A stretch of 64,000 bases of DNA, from NCBI GenBank assembly GCA_035530075.1, contig DATKVM010000005.1:167006-231005 (forward strand). The letters run 5' to 3'. The position numbers were made by a program, and so were the translations under genes. This document shows, piece after piece, positions 26,830 to 36,847 of the stretch (position 1 is its first letter; the number at the start of each line of letters is the position of its first letter). The notes under the pieces were generated by a model. The model saw nothing but the letters and a program-made list of their open reading frames with translations, did not search any database and was not told the DNA's origin. The DNA is from Patescibacteria group bacterium. Its GTDB lineage: Bacteria; Patescibacteriota; Microgenomatia; UM-FILTER-40-11.

Positions 26830-29100
26830 ATGGAACCCGTCTACCAGCCGCAAAAACATGAAGAAAAAATCTATTCCCTCTGGGAAAAGGGTAGTTGCTT
26901 TACGCCCAAAATTGATCAAAACAAAAAGCCCTTTACCATCCTTCTCCCCCTTCCCAATGCTAATGATCCTATTCATATGGGCCACGCTCTTTTTGTCATC
27001 CAGGATATTTTGGTGCGCTACCACCGGATGCTTGGTGACCCCACTTTATGGTTGCCAGGAGCAGACCACGCCGGCATCGAAACTCAATTCGTTTTTGAAA
27101 GAGAATTGGCCAAAAAAGGCAAAAGCCGCTTCGATTATGACCGCCAGACACTTTTCCAGCTAATTTGGGATTTTGTGGAAGAGAACCGAAAAATCAATAA
27201 AAATCAACTTAAAAAGCTTGGTTTTTCTCTGGACTGGAGCCGTTATCACTATAGTCTGGAGCCGGAAATTGTTAAACAAGTTCTATCCACTTTCAAAAAG
27301 CTTTTCCATGATAACTTGATTTATCGTGGCCAAAGAATTGTCAATTACTGCATTAACTGTGGCACCGCTTTCTCTGAACTCGAAGTTGACCATGTTGAAA
27401 AAGATGAGTCCCTCTACTATCTCGACTATGGCCCAATTCAAGTTGCCACTACCCGACCGGAAACTATTTTTGCCGATGTCGCCGTCGCCGTTAACCCCAA
27501 AGACAAGCGATATAAAAATCTTATCCGGAAGAAAGCTGTTGTCCCCCTGGTAGAAAGAGAAGTCCCCATCATTGCTGACCAAGCAGTGGAGCCATATTTT
27601 GGCACCGGGGCGCTAAAAATTACTCCCGGCCACGACATCACTGATTTTGAAATTGGGGAGCGGCATGGTTTACCCGCTCTTTCTTGCATTGATTTTGGTG
27701 GCAAAATGATTAATTGCACCCCGGAAATCACCGGCCTTTATCCTAAAGCAGCCAAAGAAAAAACCATTGAAGAGCTTAAAAAAGCAGGAAAATTAATCAA
27801 AGTTGAACCGCTTAAGCACACTATTGGTATTTGCTATCGTTGCCAAAATATAATTGAGCCTCTGCTTTCACCCCAGTGGTTTGTTAAAATTGCTCCTCTG
27901 GCCAAGCCAGCAATTGAAGCAGCCAAATCCGGCCAGACCAAATTCTTCCCACCTAGATTTAAAAAACTTTACCTCGACTGGCTTCTTAACATTCGCGACT
28001 GGAATATCAGCCGACAAATCGTTTGGGGCCCAAGAATTCCGGCTTGGTATTGCCTGGATTGTAATCCCAAGATAAAACTAAACTTTCTTAATAAAAACCA
28101 AAATCTGACTAGGGATACTTATCAGGAATTGAAAGACAAATATACTTTTGAAGAGATTAAAGAGGGTTTACAAAATTTAATGGCTCCGGTAGAAGCCACT
28201 TTCAGCATTGAAGAAAAAGAAACTTGCGAAAAATGTGGGGGCACTCACCTACTCCAAGAAACCGATACCTTTGATACCTGGTTTTTATCCGGCCAGTGGC
28301 CGTTGACTACTTTGGGTTTTAAGGTGGAGCATCCGGAAAAAAGCGCTGAAGACTTTAAATACTTCTACCCTACCAGTGTTTTGGATACTCTTTGGGATAT
28401 CTTGTTTTTTTGGGTCGGCCGGATGATGATGTTCGGAATCTATTTGGCGGGTGAGGTTCCTTTTAAATGGGTGCACCTCCACGCGCAAGTAGTTGATAAG
28501 AGGGGCCAGAAAATGAGTAAATCTAAAGGCAATGTGGTTGACCCACTAATTATGTCAGAAGAATATGGAGCTGATGCTCTGAAAATGTCCTTGGTTTTTG
28601 GTGTTGCTCCTGCTTCAAACATTGTCGTTTCCGAAGAAAAAATTAAGGCAATGCGCAATTTTGCCAACAAAGTTTGGAACATCGGCCGCTTTATCTTGAG
28701 CAATCTTGAGGCAAAAGAATACCCAAAATTTGCAGACTTACCGGAATATTCAGATGGCTTAGCCGGTCTAAAGTCAGAAGATAAAGCTATTATCAAAGAC
28801 TTCAATGTCACCGTTAAGAGCGTAACCAAATTAATTGAAAAATATCATTTTGGCTTAGCTTCAGAGGCAATTTATGAATTTTTATGGCACCGCTTTGCCG
28901 ATCAATACCTTGAGTATGCCAAAACAAGAATCAAGGAAAACGATAAAGTGGTTTTCTCTGTCCTGCGTTATGTTTTCTTAAACAGCCTAAAACTTTTGCA
29001 TCCTTTTATGCCGTTTGTCACCGAAACGCTGTGGCAGGAATTTCCCCGGAAAGACGACTTGCCCCTCATTGTTACTCCCTGGCCAAAAGTCCAAAAATAA
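26830..29100 (+). CDS. valS: Valine--tRNA ligase
   Basis: HMGH, PGADHAGI, DWNISRQ, DTFDTWF, KMSKS. Confidence 0.97.
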   Translation: MEPVYQPQKHEEKIYSLWEKGSCFTPKIDQNKKPFTILLPLPNANDPIHMGHALFVIQDILVRYHRMLGDPTLWLPGADHAGIETQFVFERELAKKGKSRFDYDRQTLFQLIWDFVEENRKINKNQLKKLGFSLDWSRYHYSLEPEIVKQVLSTFKKLFHDNLIYRGQRIVNYCINCGTAFSELEVDHVEKDESLYYLDYGPIQVATTRPETIFADVAVAVNPKDKRYKNLIRKKAVVPLVEREVPIIADQAVEPYFGTGALKITPGHDITDFEIGERHGLPALSCIDFGGKMINCTPEITGLYPKAAKEKTIEELKKAGKLIKVEPLKHTIGICYRCQNIIEPLLSPQWFVKIAPLAKPAIEAAKSGQTKFFPPRFKKLYLDWLLNIRDWNISRQIVWGPRIPAWYCLDCNPKIKLNFLNKNQNLTRDTYQELKDKYTFEEIKEGLQNLMAPVEATFSIEEKETCEKCGGTHLLQETDTFDTWFLSGQWPLTTLGFKVEHPEKSAEDFKYFYPTSVLDTLWDILFFWVGRMMMFGIYLAGEVPFKWVHLHAQVVDKRGQKMSKSKGNVVDPLIMSEEYGADALKMSLVFGVAPASNIVVSEEKIKAMRNFANKVWNIGRFILSNLEAKEYPKFADLPEYSDGLAGLKSEDKAIIKDFNVTVKSVTKLIEKYHFGLASEAIYEFLWHRFADQYLEYAKTRIKENDKVVFSVLRYVFLNSLKLLHPFMPFVTETLWQEFPRKDDLPLIVTPWPKVQK

Positions 29101-29114
29101 TCTAGAATGGCCTT

Positions 29115-29531
29115 ATGGCCAGAAACTCTAAGGTGGGAAAGAGCCAGCACAAAGTCCATCCCTTCTTTCCAAGCTACTTTTGGAAATATTGGTCCACTCT
29201 TGATAAGAAACTAAAAGAAACATCCCCCAGTATTGTTTTTGCTCTTCTCTTTTTCATCATTGCCTGCCTGGCATTGCGAGCCGAGAATCTAAAGACTAAC
29301 CGTCGAGTCTTAGGCCTGCAAGCCGAAATCCAAACCCAGAGGCAGGAAATTGCCAACTGGGAAAAAATTGTCGCCGAAAAACCTGACTTCCGCGACGGCT
29401 GGCTTAAGTTGGCTGCCGCTTATGCCGAAGCTGGCAACCGAGAAAAAGCTCAGGAGGCTCTCAACCACGCCAAAAATCTGGATCCCAATAACCAAAAGAT
29501 TTCTCTCCTGGAAGAACTTTTAAGAAAGTAG
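29115..29531 (+). CDS. Membrane-anchored TPR protein
   Basis: TM then PDFRDGWLKLA..A..LDPNN TPR pattern. Confidence 0.8.
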   Translation: MARNSKVGKSQHKVHPFFPSYFWKYWSTLDKKLKETSPSIVFALLFFIIACLALRAENLKTNRRVLGLQAEIQTQRQEIANWEKIVAEKPDFRDGWLKLAAAYAEAGNREKAQEALNHAKNLDPNNQKISLLEELLRK

Positions 29532-29534
29532 GCG

Positions 29535-30230
29535 TTACTCTTTTTCTTCTTCTTTTTTCTCTTCCGCTGGCGCCTCTTCCGCTTCGGCTGGAGCCTCAGC
29601 TTCAGCTGGAACTTTAGCCTCTTCTTCGACCACCTCTTCTGCTGGCGGAACCACAACTTTTTCTTCTTTCGCCAAAGGTTCAATCTTAGCTAAAACTAAG
29701 TTCTCCTCTGCGTGAATCTCGACTTTGCTTTTATCGTAAGAAAGGTCTTTGACTGTAAACTCATCTCCGACATTAGCCAGCCTCGTCACATCAACCACAA
29801 AATGTTCTGGTAAATCCATTGGCAACGCTTCCGCTTCTACTTCAGCAACGGTTTGAATTAAAATTCCCAGCTTCTGCTCCACCGCCGGTGATTCACCCAT
29901 CATCTCTACCGGAATCATCGCGGTTATCTTTTCTGTCAGGATAATTTGGCGCAAATCGGCGTGAAGCGGCTCTTCCGTTAAAGGGTCACTTTGGATATTC
30001 TGAATTAAAATGGGTCTCTCTTCTTTGTCATCGGCAATTAACAGTTTTACAATTCCGGTTTCACCTGCTTCTTCAAATACTTTCGCAAATTCGTCCTTTT
30101 TTAGGGTTACCGCGATCGAAGAAGTATTCTTACCAAAGACATTGGCCGGCACTAGGCCCTCTTTCCTTAAATTTTTGACTTTTCGGCCAGTGACCGTTCT
30201 TTTTTGAGCGTTTAATTTAATCTCTGCCAT
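29535..30230 (-). CDS. rplY: 50S ribosomal protein L25/Ctc
   Basis: LRKEGLVPANVFG, HADL, beta C-domain and acidic tail. Confidence 0.96.
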   Translation of the reverse strand: MAEIKLNAQKRTVTGRKVKNLRKEGLVPANVFGKNTSSIAVTLKKDEFAKVFEEAGETGIVKLLIADDKEERPILIQNIQSDPLTEEPLHADLRQIILTEKITAMIPVEMMGESPAVEQKLGILIQTVAEVEAEALPMDLPEHFVVDVTRLANVGDEFTVKDLSYDKSKVEIHAEENLVLAKIEPLAKEEKVVVPPAEEVVEEEAKVPAEAEAPAEAEEAPAEEKKEEEKE

Positions 30231-30306
30231 TCTCTTCCTCTAATAAATTAACAAAGCAACTTTTGAATTTTAACAAAAATTCAAGCTTAATGCAAACCAA
30301 AAGTAG

Positions 30307-33276
30307 TCAGTGAGCCAAGTCCAGTTGAAAAATGAGGTCCTTAATCAGCTTATCACTAGTCAAAAGCTGCTGTTGGCCAACTATCGCCGAAGGAATCACC
30401 CTCACCGGAACAAAGTTCTCTGGATAAGCAAAATTAAGAGTGTAGTCCGAAGGATGAGCTCCTGGCTGTTTTTGAACTAAAAGAAGATAAGCGTTAAGCC
30501 TCTGAGAGAAATCCATTCTTTGAGCTAGTTCATATTTAATCTCGATTGCCCTTTTGGTCTGAATTGGCACCTCAAAGAAGAAACCGAAAAGCGCTTTATT
30601 ATGGTCTTCCGAAATATCAAAATATCGCCATTCGAAAGGCAACCAGAGAGAGGAGTTTTTAGGGTCGGTAATCAGAATTGAAGTGACTTTAGCCCCTTGG
30701 GGTAGATAGAGCCTCAAGTAGGTTTTATAAGTCCCGGCCGGCCAATCTTCAGATTGGCTTTGGTTTTCATAAGCAATCGTTAATTTCTCTTCAACTCGAC
30801 CATCGCGACTAAGGTTAATTCGATGGTCAATTTTTCTTTGTAAAAAGTAATTGGCCTTGTTCACTCCGACATTAGTTTCATTGAGAAAAAGGTAATCCGG
30901 GAAAGCCGCCACTAACCCTGCCTTTGGTTGGTATTCGCGAATGTTCCCGCTCCAATTCAGGCTTCCCACCACTTTCTGCACCGCCGCATCGTTAAAATAA
31001 AAAAGAATTTCTTTTTGCTCCAACGAGGAAAAAAGAGCTCCTCCCACCTCCATTAGCTCTCCCTCTTCAGCGTTTTTAATTCTTTCGAAAAGAGACTGAA
31101 AAAGACTGCCCAAAAAATCCTTCTTTTGAGTGGAGCCAGGGAAACTGCCCAATTCTGAATAATATTCGGCTTTCTGGAAGAGATTGTCCTGATTAACCTT
31201 TTCCTGATAATCCAGGACCTCGACTTCACCCAAGGCCGCCAGTATCTTCCGGGCTGTCTCCAAAGTGACCGCCATCACTCCGTCAGTCGTTACCTGAAGC
31301 TCTTTATCTAAAAACCACTGGGCCCGCTGAGCCGAAACAGCAAAATCCGGATCCCAATTGGAATCCCGCAAAAACCAATTCGCTTCCCCCAAGTACTCCT
31401 TGAGTTTTGCCGGGGGTTCAACATGGCCTTTCAGTTGACCATCGGCCTGATAAACATCAAAAACCTCAAAACCGACTAACTTACCATTTTCCAAATTGAC
31501 AATCGCATAAGAGCCGATAAAACCCCCCGTCGGCCGCAGCTCAGCGTTGTTCTGAAAAAGAATTAAATATGTTTTTCTGCCCGAAAAACCTAAGATCTCA
31601 GGAAAAAGGGCCAATAAAGATTGGCCTTTAATTAAAATTTCCCGGCTTTCCGGCAAATAGTTCTTCAACTTTTCATACTGAGTAGTTTGTTTTAAATATT
31701 TGAAGCCCGGCTCCACTGCTGCCAAAGAAGATTGAGCCAAAGAAGCTTGTTCGTAGGCAGAAGCTAAGTTCGCTTTAATTGATCCTAATATTTCCGGCTG
31801 ATTCACCTCCCCTCCTTCAAAAAAATTATCCGTCCAGGCAAAAAGGTCTTGACTGGCCAACAAGGCAAATTGAAGCGTTTCATTAAGATTTTGGCTAAAT
31901 TGGAAAACGGCCACCACCACCGCCACTTGTTTATCAAACCCCACTAAGGCATAAAAAGGACTGGTAGTTAAAAGCAGTCGCTGAGAAAAATTTAGAAACT
32001 TCTCGCCGGAATGGCTTTTTTTAAGGGCCAAAGAAAAACCCCCGCGGTCAACCGCTTGACGCGCTCCTTCCAATTCCTTCATTCCCCAAAGACCAAGGGT
32101 GCCAGCCAAGAATAAAGGTAAAATAAAGAAACTAAAAGAAAGAAAAAGAAAGATACCTAAGCCCCAGAACAGTTTCCTGGGGGTCGAAACCGCTAGACGA
32201 TCGGCCTCTGTTTTCTTTTCTCGCCTAGAGGGAAGTTTTTCTTGAACCAAAAATTCTGGCAAAGTTGGTTTTTTCTCTTTTTCGTTTTCTCTTGGCTCTG
32301 GAGGGAGGGGTGGCTCCAATAAGGGTTCCGGAGTAAAGCTCGGCGGCTTCGAAAGTTCCTCAGGAAGGACAAGCTCTTTCTTGGGTAAAATTGTTTTCGT
32401 TTGGGAAAGCGAAACGGTTGGCGGGGCCGGCGGAGGAAAAGTTTTCTGAAACCAATCAACGGTCTTAACCAGCCCCTCCTCCCAATTCTCATTAACCAAC
32501 AATTCCTCCAAGCCCCACTCTTTACCCTTCCTCCTTTTCCTCTCAGCTGGCAAAAAGTCTACCGTCATTCCGGGCCAGAACTGTTTCAGAGAATTGATAA
32601 AATCGGCTAAATTAGTTTGTCTTCCCTCCAAAAAGTAGGCCTGCCCTTTAGTTTGGGGAGAAAAGGCCAAACTGATAATCTCTCCCACCAGGGCTTCTGC
32701 TGACAAAGGAAAAATTGGTTCCTCCGCCGGCCAAGGAATTTTCGCCGGGTATCCGCTAACCCCGGCTCGAAAAAGCTCACCCAATAACCCTAATTTAATT
32801 CCTGGACCATAAAGACAGTCAAAAACCGCCAACCGCGCATTTAGTCCCCTCTCGCCCACTAAACCCTGATATTTTTCAATGGCCATTGAATCGACAGCAC
32901 AACAAACTAAAATTTTACACGCGTTTTCTTGAGTTAAGCGAAAAAGATCTCTTTCTTTAATTAAAGCTCCCCTAAAAACACTTTCTGCAAGTTTTGGGAG
33001 AGGAAGATTAACGCCAAACGGCGCCGGCAAATAAAAAAGATAATCAATTTTTTTTAGGGAATCAATTTCCGAAAAAGAATTAAGATATTGAAATTCTTTT
33101 CTCGATGAGAGATAAGAAAAAGAATTCCGACTTTCTTTGCCAAAATAATTTAGAGAACAGTTAGCGCCCAAAAGCTTTTCAACCAGTATCGCTGAGTACT
33201 CACCGGTCTCATCGATAACTAAAACATTAGCGTAATTACTAAATTCTGTTCTTAGGTTATAAGAGGAACTAGACAT
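30307..33276 (-). CDS. DUF4012-domain membrane-anchored protein
   Basis: YLILFQNNAELRPTGGFIGS, RDSNWDPDF, NVGVNKAN, QKQPG; start approximate. Confidence 0.82.
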   Translation of the reverse strand: MSSSSYNLRTEFSNYANVLVIDETGEYSAILVEKLLGANCSLNYFGKESRNSFSYLSSRKEFQYLNSFSEIDSLKKIDYLFYLPAPFGVNLPLPKLAESVFRGALIKERDLFRLTQENACKILVCCAVDSMAIEKYQGLVGERGLNARLAVFDCLYGPGIKLGLLGELFRAGVSGYPAKIPWPAEEPIFPLSAEALVGEIISLAFSPQTKGQAYFLEGRQTNLADFINSLKQFWPGMTVDFLPAERKRRKGKEWGLEELLVNENWEEGLVKTVDWFQKTFPPPAPPTVSLSQTKTILPKKELVLPEELSKPPSFTPEPLLEPPLPPEPRENEKEKKPTLPEFLVQEKLPSRREKKTEADRLAVSTPRKLFWGLGIFLFLSFSFFILPLFLAGTLGLWGMKELEGARQAVDRGGFSLALKKSHSGEKFLNFSQRLLLTTSPFYALVGFDKQVAVVVAVFQFSQNLNETLQFALLASQDLFAWTDNFFEGGEVNQPEILGSIKANLASAYEQASLAQSSLAAVEPGFKYLKQTTQYEKLKNYLPESREILIKGQSLLALFPEILGFSGRKTYLILFQNNAELRPTGGFIGSYAIVNLENGKLVGFEVFDVYQADGQLKGHVEPPAKLKEYLGEANWFLRDSNWDPDFAVSAQRAQWFLDKELQVTTDGVMAVTLETARKILAALGEVEVLDYQEKVNQDNLFQKAEYYSELGSFPGSTQKKDFLGSLFQSLFERIKNAEEGELMEVGGALFSSLEQKEILFYFNDAAVQKVVGSLNWSGNIREYQPKAGLVAAFPDYLFLNETNVGVNKANYFLQRKIDHRINLSRDGRVEEKLTIAYENQSQSEDWPAGTYKTYLRLYLPQGAKVTSILITDPKNSSLWLPFEWRYFDISEDHNKALFGFFFEVPIQTKRAIEIKYELAQRMDFSQRLNAYLLLVQKQPGAHPSDYTLNFAYPENFVPVRVIPSAIVGQQQLLTSDKLIKDLIFQLDLAH

Positions 33277-33347
33277 TAAGGAAATTCTAAACGATTTTAA
33301 AAACAAAAAAAACCCGTTATGACAAATTCTGAACGTGAAAAACTACT

Positions 33348-33770
33348 TCAATGAGCTGAACCATCAAGCGAAGAGTTAACTAAATTATCAGCAATTTTAT
33401 TATCATTGCGTGAAATGTAATGATAGGAAATATTTCCGCCAACAAGTTGTTCTAACTCCCTAATTTTTACTATCAATTCCCGCAAATGCGGTTCCTTTAT
33501 TTTAAACCAACCGTTTAATTGACTCACCACTAAGTTCGAATCCAAAAAAAATTTTGCTTCCTGAATTTCATCCCTGAGATTATTCCTCACCCACTCCAAC
33601 GCGGTAATTACCGCTTGGTATTCTGCTACATTATTGGTTGCTCGCCCAATTCCTTTTCCAAATCTAACGATTTCCTTTCCTTTTTCGTCAGCAATAAAAA
33701 CCCCAACTGCGGCTGGTCCCGGATTACCACGGGCTCCTCCGTCAGTTTTGATTATTAAATATTTTTTCAT
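33348..33770 (-). CDS. rnhA: Ribonuclease HI
   Basis: TDGGARGNPGPAA, TNNVAEY, DSNLVVSQ, NKIADNLVN. Confidence 0.95.
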   Translation of the reverse strand: MKKYLIIKTDGGARGNPGPAAVGVFIADEKGKEIVRFGKGIGRATNNVAEYQAVITALEWVRNNLRDEIQEAKFFLDSNLVVSQLNGWFKIKEPHLRELIVKIRELEQLVGGNISYHYISRNDNKIADNLVNSSLDGSAH

Positions 33771-33781
33771 TAGTCCTACCG

Positions 33782-35092
33782 TCAAAGTTCCTGAAAATAT
33801 TTTTGTTTCTTTAAAGATAGCGATTTAAGATTATCCGCTAAGGCCGAAAAAGAATATCTTAGACCCAATCGTCGACTCAAAAATCTCTGAGTCAATAGGA
33901 AAATGGAAAGCTCGGTTAAAACCGTTACTCCAGCCGCGGCGAAAAAGGAATACCGCGGGATCAAAAGCCAGTTTAAACCTAAATTAATCACCAGCGCCAC
34001 TAAAGAAAAAGAAAACAGTTCTTTCTGTTTACCTGTGGCAATCATTATATATCCCGTAAGGTGGTTAAGATAGGCAAAAACTGTCGCCAGGAGTAAAATC
34101 CGCAGGGCTAAAACTGAGGGGGCAAAATCGCTCCCCGCAATTATCCTAACTACTGGGGGCGCCAAAGGCAAACCAACCAGAAGGATAGCCAGTCCGCTTA
34201 GCAAAAGAACCGTAAAGGTTTTTTCAAAAGTTCTCTTCAAAATTGATGTCCCCTCCTCCAAGGAAGAGAGAAAAGGAAAAAGGCTGTTCATTAAAAAGGC
34301 CGCTCCCAGAATTAAATTACCATGAATTTTGTAAGCCAAACCATAATAACCCACAGCCGCGCTGTCAACGTAGGTTTTAATCATAAAAGAGTCAATCCCT
34401 CGGTCATAAACGGAATAAAGCAAAAGGTAAAGACCTAACGGTAAAGCTTCCCTCACTAGACGATCAGCTATTGGTCGCGAAAGCGTCGGTCGGAAAGAAA
34501 TAAAGTGGCGAGAAAATAACCAGCCCAAACAGCCGGACAAGAAGGCTCCGCCTAACCAAAACGCCATTAACCAATTTAAAGAGACCGCTTTGCCTGCCCA
34601 AAAAAGGCCACCAAGGGCTAAAAGGAAAACCCCCGCCGCCAGAATTTCTAGGAACGAAACTAAGTCCAGCCGAAATGATGATTGGAGCACTCCTTGCGCG
34701 GTTGTCCGCAGAACTAAAAAGAAAAGGACAAATGAAGCTAAAAAAGCGGGTTCACGCAAGTTCCTAAACTGCGGCAAAAAGAAAATCGCCAGATTCAAAA
34801 CCAGAAAAAGACAAAAAGAAGTAAAAAGGCGCAAGCTTAAAACATTGCCGAAAATTACTGAAGCCTCTCCTCTCTTTTTGGCTGTCTCTCTCACGGCAAT
34901 CGTGGTTATGCCTAAGTCAGACAGACCAACAAAAATCAAGACAAAAGCGGTGATAAAAACATAATCACCATAACCCGAAGCACCAACAAGACGAGTTAAG
35001 ACGGCGGTAGTTAAGAGAGACACTCCAACCACCACTCCCCGACCGAAAATCTGACTAAAGGTATTGAAGAATACTCGGGAACCAACTTTCAT
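33782..35092 (-). CDS. Wzx-type polysaccharide flippase (MOP family)
   Basis: About 12 TM helices, DLGI, AVGYYGLAYK, LNWLLIPRY. Confidence 0.9.
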   Translation of the reverse strand: MKVGSRVFFNTFSQIFGRGVVVGVSLLTTAVLTRLVGASGYGDYVFITAFVLIFVGLSDLGITTIAVRETAKKRGEASVIFGNVLSLRLFTSFCLFLVLNLAIFFLPQFRNLREPAFLASFVLFFLVLRTTAQGVLQSSFRLDLVSFLEILAAGVFLLALGGLFWAGKAVSLNWLMAFWLGGAFLSGCLGWLFSRHFISFRPTLSRPIADRLVREALPLGLYLLLYSVYDRGIDSFMIKTYVDSAAVGYYGLAYKIHGNLILGAAFLMNSLFPFLSSLEEGTSILKRTFEKTFTVLLLSGLAILLVGLPLAPPVVRIIAGSDFAPSVLALRILLLATVFAYLNHLTGYIMIATGKQKELFSFSLVALVINLGLNWLLIPRYSFFAAAGVTVLTELSIFLLTQRFLSRRLGLRYSFSALADNLKSLSLKKQKYFQEL

Positions 35093-35128
35093 TGCCTAAT
35101 TCTATCACTTTCAATGAGGAAGGCGCAG

Positions 35129-36373
35129 TTAAGGATTTTTACCGGCGACTCCCCAACTTAAACCCAGGACTACCGCAAAAAATAGCTGGTTTTGAATTAA
35201 AGTTAGCCAGTAGTGATCAAAAAGACCCGTCAAGAGAATCGCTCCCAAAGCTAAAAGGATTGCCCAGGTAGAGGCGTCTTTGGTTTTTTTCAAGAGAGAG
35301 AAAAGGCCGCCAAAAACCCAATAACCAAAAAGGGCTAAACCAAAGAACCCTCCTTCGGCGGTCACTAAAAGAAAAATGTTGTGCACCGGCTGAAGCCAGT
35401 AAAGCCATTGCCATACCGGCCGATTTTGAGAAAGACTAATAACAAAACGACCGGCGCCAAAGCCAATTAAAGGATTTTCCCTCATTTCTTGTAAAGAGAA
35501 TTCCGCCAACTCACGACGGATTAGAAAAGAAGAAGAGTCGATCGTTGTCCGGCTAAAAAAATAAGTCAACAAAGGCAGAGAGAATATTGAGGCTAAAAAG
35601 GGGAAACGCCGGAGAGATGTTTTTCTAAGAAACCCCAGTTTCAGCTGATTTAAGAGGAAAAGAAGACCTAAGATAAGAGCCGCTAACCAAGCCGCCCGAG
35701 AAAAGGTCAGTAAAAGCAAAATAAATCCCAAACTTATGGCTAATCGGTCGAAAAGACTCAATTTCCTCTTCCCGAAAATCAAAATCAGGGCAACTAAAGT
35801 AAATCCTGCTAAGCTGTTTGGATGAGAAAAAGTCCCATAGGGACGCAAAAGAACTTTTCCTAACCATGAACCGCGAGCAATTCCTGGAGTAAAAATCGTG
35901 AAGGAGCGCTCCCCTAAAAACCAAAATAGGCCGCCTTGGGAAGATTGAGAAATAGCTTGTCTCAAGCTCAAAAAAAATTCAAAAACTAAAGTTAGGGGTA
36001 AAATCCGACCCAGAAGAGAAAAAACTTGGCCCGCGTTTTGAGAGACAAACCAACCAAGAAAAACCAGTTCGGTTATTCTCAGCCAAGAAAAAAAAGAGAC
36101 TTGAGGGTTAGGGGAAAACCCGATATTCAAGGAGGAAATTAAAACGTATAATCCCGCCAAGATTAAATGCTTTTTTTCACTAAAAAATTTTTTCCGGTTC
36201 CTTTTCACTGAGAAAAGAAAAAGAAGCAAGAGACATAAATCTTGGAGGTAGAGGGTGGGGGAGAGGTAGTCAACCTTAAGGCCAAAGAGATACGCTTCCG
36301 AAGGCCAAAAATGACGCCCAAACTGGCTTGGCAAAAGAAGTAAGAGGATGGCTAAAATTATCCCCTCAATCAC
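35129..36373 (-). CDS. O-antigen ligase/Wzy_C family protein
   Basis: RPYGTFSHPNSLAG, TFSRAAW, GFGAGRF, PVHNIFL. Confidence 0.9.
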   Translation of the reverse strand: MIEGIILAILLLLLPSQFGRHFWPSEAYLFGLKVDYLSPTLYLQDLCLLLLFLFSVKRNRKKFFSEKKHLILAGLYVLISSLNIGFSPNPQVSFFSWLRITELVFLGWFVSQNAGQVFSLLGRILPLTLVFEFFLSLRQAISQSSQGGLFWFLGERSFTIFTPGIARGSWLGKVLLRPYGTFSHPNSLAGFTLVALILIFGKRKLSLFDRLAISLGFILLLLTFSRAAWLAALILGLLFLLNQLKLGFLRKTSLRRFPFLASIFSLPLLTYFFSRTTIDSSSFLIRRELAEFSLQEMRENPLIGFGAGRFVISLSQNRPVWQWLYWLQPVHNIFLLVTAEGGFFGLALFGYWVFGGLFSLLKKTKDASTWAILLALGAILLTGLFDHYWLTLIQNQLFFAVVLGLSWGVAGKNP

Positions 36374-36379
36374 CTGGTT

Positions 36380-36847
36380 TTATTGAGCTGCCCGCGGCTT
36401 AATCGTTAAGACCCTTTGCCGACCTTCACCCTCAGATTCACTGATAACTTCCGGATGGTCCGCTAAGGCCAAGTGAATAATTCTTCTTTCCGCGGCGGTT
36501 AAATTAGGAATCGATTGAGCTTCGCCAGAAAATTTCACCTTCATCGCCAAGTTCTGAGCTAGCCGGCGCAATTGTTCCTCCCTTTTTTGGCGGTAATCGC
36601 CAACATTAACGCTCACTTTAACCCACTCTCCCAAAACCTTATGAGCAACAAAAGAAAGTATCAGCTGTAAGGCTTGGAGAGTTTCGCCATGGAAACCGAT
36701 AAGAAAAGCTGCTTCCGGCGATTCAATCTGCAGAGCAATTACTCCCGTCGCCTCATCAAAACTGGCGGCCACTGTCGCCGTCACCCCTAAGCTGGTTAAA
36801 AGAGCAGTGGCTTCGCACTCAATTTCTTTTAAATGTTCTTTATTCAT
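36380..36847 (-). CDS. jag: Jag/KhpB (KH + R3H) RNA-binding protein
   Basis: LIGFHGETLQALQ, ERRIIH, SESEGEG; follows yidC. Confidence 0.92.
   Translation of the reverse strand: MNKEHLKEIECEATALLTSLGVTATVAASFDEATGVIALQIESPEAAFLIGFHGETLQALQLILSFVAHKVLGEWVKVSVNVGDYRQKREEQLRRLAQNLAMKVKFSGEAQSIPNLTAAERRIIHLALADHPEVISESEGEGRQRVLTIKPRAAQ

Noticed and set aside
26773-27024. N-terminal extension of the 612-aa minus-strand ORF
   Set aside because: Overlaps the valS start and promoter on the other strand
33458-33470. Partial inverted match to the cassette repeat (CCCTAATTTTTAC)
   Set aside because: Inside rnhA coding sequence and only the low-complexity half matches
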